Assembly: GCA_950054485.1 (NCBI GenBank)
Contig: CATLPD010000001.1
Coordinates: 716,121-780,120, forward strand
From: an uncultured Alphaproteobacteria bacterium
GTDB taxonomy: Bacteria; Pseudomonadota; Alphaproteobacteria; Micavibrionales; CSBR16-224
Length of the DNA: 64,000 bases
Direction: 5' to 3'
Part shown: positions 57,273-64,000 of the stretch, piece by piece
Layout of the letters: each line of letters opens with the position of its first letter
How positions within the stretch are numbered: position 1 is the stretch's first letter
Notes under the pieces: model-generated
Database searches by the model: none
Told to the model about the DNA's origin: nothing
What the model saw: the letters and a program-made list of their open reading frames with translations, nothing else
Program-made: the position numbers and the translations under genes

Positions 57273-58715
57273 TTAGATTTTTTCTTTTTTTGTTTTAAAA
57301 AGAAAAGGAAAAAAACAGATTACACCTATAGATATAGCTAATAAAGGGTTTATAGATAAAAATGTAATTCCACAAATTGTTAAAATAGTTATTGCGCTAA
57401 AGGTAAATAACCCTTTAGGGGTTTTAATACGATGCAAGAATCTTTTCCACGTGCCTTTTACCAAGTAAGCTACAAAAATAAGGCCTAGCTTTGTCATTGC
57501 TGAGATGTTTTTAAACGAGGGCTCATCAACAAAGCTTTTTATACTGTACAAAAGTTGACCGGGTATAAATTTACGTATTGCTGAATAGGCTAAGTTTTTT
57601 AGGGAGTTGTTAGGTTTTGAAACTTTTAAAATATAATCTATGTCAGCTGTGCCCTTTGGAGTTTTTCCTTTTTTCTTTTCAAGGTTATTATAGATGTCTA
57701 AACACTTCTGGCTAACTATTTTGGAATCATGGAACTTTTCAACTGTTTTACGGCCTTTTTGAGATAATTCTTGACGCCAGTCGTGGTCCTTTATCAAATC
57801 TCTTAACACATTGGTGATTGTATCTGGGTTCGCGTTGGCGGCAGGAACTTCGCCATAAAAAGGCTTAAATAAATCCTCTCTTAAATAAACTACAACTGGT
57901 TTTCCCAATGCCCACCCTTCTAAAGTTAATACGCCGGTTGCCCCAATTAAAAGCTGATCAATAATAATGTCTGCTTTACGATACATTTCACGCGCTTTAT
58001 CATGTGACATATTTTGGATTGTTTGAAAATTAAACTTTAACCCTTCATCTTTAAGCACTTCAATCGCTTTGAAGACAAACTCGCTACCTTTACAGGATTT
58101 ATTAGTTGGGGCATGTACGACAAGTGGGCAATCAGTCTTTTCGATACCAACATACTGCCATTCATCCAAGTCGAGAGCACGAGGTAAAATTTCGGCTTCT
58201 GGCATAAATTGCTTCAATTCAGGATCTTGAACTAAAAATAAATCTACATACTCTCTTAAAAAACTAATATATTCTTTTTGAGTGTTTTCGTCAAAGAAGC
58301 CATCAAATTTGTAATTGAACGCACTATATGGATTAACCGCTTTATCCCAGCTTTTCAAACGTAAATCGTAACCTGTAAAACGGTGTATAATTTTGCTTTC
58401 ACCTCTTGCCTTTATCAGAGGCAAATCTAAACCCGTCATATCAGAGCAATCAGGACGAAAAATTAGAGATCGTTGCCAGAAATGGTAAATATCATAGTCG
58501 TCATGCAGAACTTCCTTAAGCGCCTGCATTTGGCTTTCAAACAGACTTTTGTGTGGGTCATAGTAATAAACTTTATCCATGCGGAAATCAAAACGATGCT
58601 TCCCGCCAGCCCCCATATATTGTAGATGGTGCGCGTCTACGCCTAGTTTGCGCAGCCCTTCTACTAACAGTATGGGCTGCAATGCGAAGTTCATTGGCGC
58701 GTGCAGCACTTTCAT
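57273..58715 (-). CDS. Glycosyltransferase (GT4-like) with C-terminal TM anchor
   Basis: MKVLH.P, HAPT...KG, ADIIIDQL, E.WALGKPV; hydrophobic C-terminus. Confidence 0.8.
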   Translation of the reverse strand: MKVLHAPMNFALQPILLVEGLRKLGVDAHHLQYMGAGGKHRFDFRMDKVYYYDPHKSLFESQMQALKEVLHDDYDIYHFWQRSLIFRPDCSDMTGLDLPLIKARGESKIIHRFTGYDLRLKSWDKAVNPYSAFNYKFDGFFDENTQKEYISFLREYVDLFLVQDPELKQFMPEAEILPRALDLDEWQYVGIEKTDCPLVVHAPTNKSCKGSEFVFKAIEVLKDEGLKFNFQTIQNMSHDKAREMYRKADIIIDQLLIGATGVLTLEGWALGKPVVVYLREDLFKPFYGEVPAANANPDTITNVLRDLIKDHDWRQELSQKGRKTVEKFHDSKIVSQKCLDIYNNLEKKKGKTPKGTADIDYILKVSKPNNSLKNLAYSAIRKFIPGQLLYSIKSFVDEPSFKNISAMTKLGLIFVAYLVKGTWKRFLHRIKTPKGLFTFSAITILTICGITFLSINPLLAISIGVICFFPFLFKTKKEKI

Positions 58716-58798
58716 TTCAATAAAACCCCTTTTTTGATTGCTCTGTAACTTCTTTATATGGTAAGAGGTGTCAAAGATAAAGAACAAATGTTGAGCGC

Positions 58799-59593
58799 AT
58801 GCTGGTAAAACAAATTCACTGGTTCATGCATATGGTCGCTAGGTATATCCCCGTGACTATGCATATGACAAGGTCAGCCTTAAAGAAAGATATATCAGGA
58901 ACATTTGCTGGTATGCTCTGGTGGATTATTGAGCCTCTATTTTATACATTTATATACTATTTTTTATTTGCAGTGATATTTGAGGTAAGGTCAGAGAACT
59001 TTGCTTTAATGTTGCTTTTTGGTCTTATTTTATGGCGTTGGATAGCTTTATGCATTAATTCAGGCAGTTCATCTGTGGTTGCGCGAACCGCTTTAATGCG
59101 GCAGGTGGATATACCTAAAATCATATTCCCTGTAGAGTCTGTGCTGAGAGAAACTATAAAGTTTTTAATAGGTTTCGGTCTCATTGCTGCAGTTTTTCTT
59201 GTGTTTGGATATTTGTCTTTCGAGATTATCTATTGGTTTCCAGTTATCCTTGGTTTAAGTGTTTTTTTTCTTACAAGCCTTGTTTTAATAACCTCTGTAA
59301 TCATGACTTTTGTACCTGACCTCAAAAATTTAATTAGATTAGGTATGCGTGCGTTAGTGTTTGTCTCGGGAGTATTTTTCACGCCTGAGCAGGTGCCTGA
59401 AAATTTAAGAACCTTATTCATGATGAATCCATTTGCTGTTATTATAGATAGTTTTCGTAGAGTGTGCCTTTTCGGTGAAGCCCCTATATTAGGATGGTTG
59501 ATTTATGTTTTAGGTTTAAGTGTTATTTTGGCAAGTATTGGACTATATATGCACATAAAATATAATCGTATTATGCCGCGCTATCTGATTTAG
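58799..59593 (+). CDS. wzm: Polysaccharide ABC transporter permease
   Basis: G.LWWIIEPL, SGVFF, NPF motifs; precedes wzt. Confidence 0.88.
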   Translation: MLVKQIHWFMHMVARYIPVTMHMTRSALKKDISGTFAGMLWWIIEPLFYTFIYYFLFAVIFEVRSENFALMLLFGLILWRWIALCINSGSSSVVARTALMRQVDIPKIIFPVESVLRETIKFLIGFGLIAAVFLVFGYLSFEIIYWFPVILGLSVFFLTSLVLITSVIMTFVPDLKNLIRLGMRALVFVSGVFFTPEQVPENLRTLFMMNPFAVIIDSFRRVCLFGEAPILGWLIYVLGLSVILASIGLYMHIKYNRIMPRYLI

Positions 59594-59602
59594 GGTAATT
59601 AA

Positions 59603-60379
59603 ATGTCAAAAAAGCTTGCGATAAAAGTCGAGAATGTTGGTGTGCAGTTGTTCAAACGGAATGGCTTCCTAGGGCGAAAAACTAAATTTCATTGGGCCTT
59701 AGACAACGTATCTTTTGACGTTAATCGTGGAGAAGTTTTAGGTATTATCGGCCGAAATGGTGCCGGGAAGTCAACCCTATTAAGGCTTTTGGCGGCAATA
59801 ATTGATCCGGACCGGGGAAAGATACGCCGCTATGGTAACAAGGCATGTTTATTGGCGCTCCAGACTGGATTTGTACCGGAGTTAACCGGGCGTGAAAATG
59901 CATTACTTAGCGGTATGTTTTTGGGATTTAGTAAAAGTGAGATTGAAGGCCTTTTGCCTGAAATTAAAGAGTTTTCTGAATTGGGGGATTGGTTTGAACA
60001 GCCAATACAAACTTATTCATCAGGCATGAAGGCTAGATTGGGTTTCTCTGCTGCTATAAATGTTCCCTCTGACATTATTCTTGTTGATGAAACTTTAGGG
60101 GTAGGGGATACAGGCTTTAAAAAGAAATCCTCCGAAGCAATGCGAAGCATAATGAAATCGGATCGCACTGTGATTTTGGTGTCACATAGCGCGTCAATGA
60201 TTCAAGAGATGTCTGATCGTGCTGTATGGTTAGAACAGGGACATACTATAATGTCAGGAGATCCCAAAAAAGTATCGGGGCAATATGAGGCATTCTGGGA
60301 CGAGACTTTAGCCCTGCAAAATGATGGGCTTCCGCTTAATCAAGCGATAGAACAAGTTTTATCTAAACATATACAATAA
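59603..60379 (+). CDS. wzt: Polysaccharide ABC transporter ATP-binding protein
   Basis: GRNGAGKST, YSSGMKARLGF, DE.LGVGD, VSH. Confidence 0.92.
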   Translation: MSKKLAIKVENVGVQLFKRNGFLGRKTKFHWALDNVSFDVNRGEVLGIIGRNGAGKSTLLRLLAAIIDPDRGKIRRYGNKACLLALQTGFVPELTGRENALLSGMFLGFSKSEIEGLLPEIKEFSELGDWFEQPIQTYSSGMKARLGFSAAINVPSDIILVDETLGVGDTGFKKKSSEAMRSIMKSDRTVILVSHSASMIQEMSDRAVWLEQGHTIMSGDPKKVSGQYEAFWDETLALQNDGLPLNQAIEQVLSKHIQ

Positions 60380-60435
60380 ATTGTTATATACATAGCTGAA
60401 TATGTATTTTGATTTTTTGAAAAGTGAGGGTTGAT

Positions 60436-61077
60436 ATGTTTAATAGAGAATTTAACGCCCGCAGGGCTTTTTTAGCATCCCATTTTGACGTTAAGAATAA
60501 AATGGAAGAGCTGGAAGAAAGTTGCATACCTTCTTATCTTCATAAAAATAAATTAGCGGCCTGGGTCGCCTGGAAAAGGCTTGTTTGTGCAAAAAACTTA
60601 TATTTAAAATTTGGTAAGCCGGGAAAAGTATTAGATTTTGGAGCTGGGTCTGGCGAATTATCTTATTTGCTAAGGGGGAAAATAAGTTCTTATAGTTTTG
60701 CCGAGCTCGAAAACGACCTTTCAGATTTTATTCTAAAGGAATATCCAGAGTCTAGGAAAATTGACTTGGATAAAAATGAGGGTGATAAATACGATACGAT
60801 CTTTGCTCTCGATTCATTGGAACATAATGATAGTTACGAAGATTTGCTTGGCAGTCTTGCTGACAAATTGGTTTTGGGCGGAGCCCTAATATTATCAGGC
60901 CCCTCTGAGAACTGGTTATACAGGCTAGGACGTAAAGTCGCAGGTTTTGACGGACATTATCACCACACTACAATAACCGATATTGAAACCGCGGCGGCGA
61001 AGCATCTGACTTTATCGAAAAAACAATGGGTTCCTTATAATGTGCCGCTGTTCAGTTTATCCGTTTGGAAGAAATAA
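60436..61077 (+). CDS. SAM-dependent methyltransferase
   Basis: VLDFGAGSG, D.IFALDSLEH. Confidence 0.85.
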   Translation: MFNREFNARRAFLASHFDVKNKMEELEESCIPSYLHKNKLAAWVAWKRLVCAKNLYLKFGKPGKVLDFGAGSGELSYLLRGKISSYSFAELENDLSDFILKEYPESRKIDLDKNEGDKYDTIFALDSLEHNDSYEDLLGSLADKLVLGGALILSGPSENWLYRLGRKVAGFDGHYHHTTITDIETAAAKHLTLSKKQWVPYNVPLFSLSVWKK

Positions 61078-61086
61078 GGTAATCCT

Positions 61087-61848
61087 ATGTATACAGCGGA
61101 TGGACTTATTTTATCGTGTGGGCGTACTGGAACAACCTACATAAACTCATTACTGAATCAGAAAATTGAAAATTGTGTTGTTCTACAAGAGCCCCCACCG
61201 TCTCGTTCTCTTTTTATGATGACGAACGCAGCTGAAAGAAAAATCCCCTTGGGTTCTATCGCTTTCTCAGCTTATAAAAAAACCAGAAACGATTGGTATA
61301 AAAAGGCGGGTGATAAAACTTTGTTGGAAATAAACCCTTTTCTAATAGGCCTAAGTCCGTTTCTTAAGCCAGAAAATATTAAGCATGGTATCGTACATAT
61401 AGTCAGGCGTCCGGCAGACTGGATAGAGTCCACCTTAAACTTTGGGGGATATAAGTGGTTGTCTTACATTACCCCTAGAATGCCTTTTGCGCATGAAAGA
61501 CCATCTGATAAAAAGTTTTTTGAATGGAACAGGTTGACTGTTTATGAGAAGTTTGCTTGGAGGTGGAGACACCGTAATTCCCAAATAGAGAAAGTTAAAA
61601 AATCAGGTATTCCTTATTTATTAGTAAAATACGAGGATATTTTTAAAGAGGGTGAATTTAATAGAGACATCTTTATAGAAATGATTAATCACTTGGGGCT
61701 GAAAAATTTTAAGCCGGATGATTTTGAGTACCCTCAAAAGAAAATAAACTCTAGCGCTAGCAACCCTGAGTTAAAAAAACATAAAGTTATAGAAACCAAA
61801 GAAATGATTGAAATATACGGTTCTTTAGCTAAAAAATATGGCTATTAA
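61087..61848 (+). CDS. Sulfotransferase-family protein
   Basis: GRTGTT 5'-PSB loop, IVR.P.....S 3'-PB, VKYEDI. Confidence 0.75.
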   Translation: MYTADGLILSCGRTGTTYINSLLNQKIENCVVLQEPPPSRSLFMMTNAAERKIPLGSIAFSAYKKTRNDWYKKAGDKTLLEINPFLIGLSPFLKPENIKHGIVHIVRRPADWIESTLNFGGYKWLSYITPRMPFAHERPSDKKFFEWNRLTVYEKFAWRWRHRNSQIEKVKKSGIPYLLVKYEDIFKEGEFNRDIFIEMINHLGLKNFKPDDFEYPQKKINSSASNPELKKHKVIETKEMIEIYGSLAKKYGY

Positions 61849-61850
61849 AA

Positions 61851-62900
61851 TTGTCCATTTTCAAAAACAACATAGTCGTTATCAATCCTGCTCTCAGGTT
61901 CTTTTTGTTTTTACTGGCGACCTCCGGAGTTCTGTTTCTTCTGCATTATGATGGTAGTTATTTAAAGCTTGTTGACCAGCTAGAAAAAGTTGCGCTAAAG
62001 CCCTTACTTTTGGCGTTTATATGTTTGCACATATTGCAGTTTGTTAGTGTTTATCGCCTTTTGTACAGTTTACCTCCGTTAGATATTAAAAGAAAAAAGG
62101 CATTAGAAGAGGCTGTGAAGCTTACATATTTTCAGCAATTTTTGGCGAGGGTCTTGCCCTTAAGGCTGGGAGAAGTTGCATATGTGTTTATGATAAAAAA
62201 ACTCCTTAAAGTAAATATTGCAGGAAATTTAGCAGCCTATTCTTTGATTAGAATATGGGATCTAAGGATTATAGTGGGCAGCTTCGTACTGACCGCGGTA
62301 ATGAATAGATCTCTTTTTAATTTAGAAACTTACTTAGAACATAGTATTGCATATTTTATATGTGGTGTAATTTGTTCTGCAATTGTTTTCCCTCTTTTTT
62401 ATATGCGCCTCTCTGTTGAGTTACTTAAGTTTTTGAATTTAAAATTAAGCAATAAAAATAAGGCCCTTTATAAAATATATCTTTTTGTAGAGGATATCTA
62501 TGCGTCATACAAAAAAAGTATTGAAAGTACGTCCTATTTTGTGCACGGTTTTCTATCGTTTTTAAACTGGGCACTAGCATACGCACTCTTTGGTTTTGTA
62601 TATATGTCATTAAACCTATACTTGCCTCCCAGTGTGGTGATTTTGTTTACAAGCGCTCTGATCTTGTTAACAATACTTCCGCTCCAATCCATTGGAGGGC
62701 TAGGAATTGGAGAGGCGGGGCTATCGGGACTTTTAGTTTTATATGGCTTTCAAAGTGTAGACGCGATTGCAACTGGGTTCTCTGTGGGAATAATTCACAC
62801 TACGCTATCAATCGCTTTGCTTGCAAGCTTTTGTATATATAAAATATTGAAAAGAATATATCTATCTGCTTTAATCCATAAAAGTCACTGGAAAATGTAG
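61851..62900 (+). CDS. Lysylphosphatidylglycerol-synthase-TM / flippase-like membrane protein
   Basis: LP.RLGE, LPLQSIGGLGIGE, many TMs; TTG start. Confidence 0.8.
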   Translation: MSIFKNNIVVINPALRFFLFLLATSGVLFLLHYDGSYLKLVDQLEKVALKPLLLAFICLHILQFVSVYRLLYSLPPLDIKRKKALEEAVKLTYFQQFLARVLPLRLGEVAYVFMIKKLLKVNIAGNLAAYSLIRIWDLRIIVGSFVLTAVMNRSLFNLETYLEHSIAYFICGVICSAIVFPLFYMRLSVELLKFLNLKLSNKNKALYKIYLFVEDIYASYKKSIESTSYFVHGFLSFLNWALAYALFGFVYMSLNLYLPPSVVILFTSALILLTILPLQSIGGLGIGEAGLSGLLVLYGFQSVDAIATGFSVGIIHTTLSIALLASFCIYKILKRIYLSALIHKSHWKM

Positions 62901-62901
62901 T

Positions 62902-63921
62902 ATGCTTAAAGGTCACAAAATTGCAGTTATTATTCCTTGTTATCGCGTTAGAAAGCACATACTAAGGCTAGTGTCAAATATTCCTGAGTTTGTTGATACA
63001 ATCTATATTGTAGATGATAAGTGCCCAGAGAAAACAGGAGAATTAGTCAAGAAAAGCTGTAAAGACTCAAGAGTCCATTTAATCAGCCATAAAGAAAACC
63101 AAGGCGTAGGACAAGCAACAATCACGGGCATGAAAGAGGCCGTTAAAGATGGCGCTCATTGTCTGGTGAAGATTGATGGCGATGAACAACATAATCCAGA
63201 ACTGATTGAAGATTTTGTTTCCCCAATTCTAAATAGAGACGCTGACTTTACAAAGGGTAACCGTTTTTTCTACTTAGAAGATTTGCGCCAAATGCCTGGG
63301 GTGCGCCTGATTGGCAACGCATGCTTGTCATTCGCCACGAAGTTTTCCTCTGGGTATTGGAATATTTTTGATCCAACCAATGGATATCTAGCTGTGCATT
63401 CATTGGTCTTCCAAGCCTTACCTCATGAAAAAATAGACAAACGATATTTTTTTGAGTCGGACCTTCTTTTTAGATTATATACAATCAGGGCTAAGATTGT
63501 AGAAATCCCTATGCACGCCGTATATGGTGAAGAAGAATCAAGCTTAAGCCCATCTAAGCTTATTTTGCCTTTCTTATGGAGGCATATGATAAACTCTCTA
63601 AAAAGAATATTTTACTCCTATTTTCTAAGGAATTTCTCTTTAGCTTCCATCTATCTTTTTTTAGGGTTGTTTTTTTGCCTTTTTGGAGGGGCGATGGGGC
63701 TGTCAGCTTGGCTGCAATATTTCGGTTCAGAAACGGGCGCTCCAATTGGTCAGGTTGCCTTGCCAGGTTTAATGATACTAATTGGCGTGCAGATGATTTT
63801 AGGCTTTTTAAATTATGACCTGTCTTCTATACCTTCATCAGTAATTCATTCGCACTTGTCTTGGTTGAAAAACAAGACTAGAGGCTCGGGTCGGGCGGGA
63901 TTAAATGACACTCTTGAATAA
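62902..63921 (+). CDS. Glycosyltransferase family 2 (polyprenol-phosphate GT-like)
   Basis: IIPCY, VDDKCP, NQGVG, KIDGDEQH, KGNRF, DPTNG, C-terminal TMs. Confidence 0.92.
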   Translation: MLKGHKIAVIIPCYRVRKHILRLVSNIPEFVDTIYIVDDKCPEKTGELVKKSCKDSRVHLISHKENQGVGQATITGMKEAVKDGAHCLVKIDGDEQHNPELIEDFVSPILNRDADFTKGNRFFYLEDLRQMPGVRLIGNACLSFATKFSSGYWNIFDPTNGYLAVHSLVFQALPHEKIDKRYFFESDLLFRLYTIRAKIVEIPMHAVYGEEESSLSPSKLILPFLWRHMINSLKRIFYSYFLRNFSLASIYLFLGLFFCLFGGAMGLSAWLQYFGSETGAPIGQVALPGLMILIGVQMILGFLNYDLSSIPSSVIHSHLSWLKNKTRGSGRAGLNDTLE

Positions 63922-64000
63922 AGGCCATGTATCGATTGAGCGATTTCATGTTGATAATCGGACTGCAATTTTATCTCTTGATCTTGAGGCTGACTATGGG
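63905..64000 (+). CDS. Probable polysaccharide deacetylase, N-terminus only (runs off window)
   Basis: Open to the window end: MTLLNK...AILSLDLEADYG resembles the NodB-type first motif. Confidence 0.45.
   Translation, partial: MTLLNKGHVSIERFHVDNRTAILSLDLEADYG

Noticed and set aside
1-64000. CRISPR array or cas genes
   Set aside because: No regularly spaced direct repeats or cas-like ORFs were seen

Overview
Chromosomal window from an alphaproteobacterium. It is probably Micavibrio-like, inferred from chromosomal Dot/Icm coupling genes, a GNALF-type pilin-like gene, an alpha-type LexA box and many orphan ORFs. The backbone carries nrdAB, phoH, acs-phaZ, dotM-orf-dotL-tsaD-gpsA, tRNA-Thr, osmC, pyrC, an SOS-controlled radical SAM/TIGR03915 pair, hemB, ocd, ald, folD, two cyclophilins, etfBA and an ECF sigma/vWA pair. 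An AT-rich surface-polysaccharide locus starts at about 51.8 kb and runs off the window end. The main accessory element is a roughly 9.4-kb phage-satellite-like island (26353-35795) integrated at tRNA-Gly(GCC). Its core is a P4-type integrase, alpA, an AAA_25 helicase and a terS-like gene. Its defence-like cargo comprises two tandem RNxxxH (HEPN-like) genes, a DUF6978-like/DUF1828-1829-like pair, an HNH + MazG-like fusion with a lipoprotein that appears inserted in-frame into the 3' end of the helicase, and a roughly 195-nt highly structured ncRNA candidate with its own promoter and terminator. Two further ncRNA/leader candidates lie upstream of phoH and downstream of tRNA-Thr. All family assignments come from motif recognition by eye; no searches were run.
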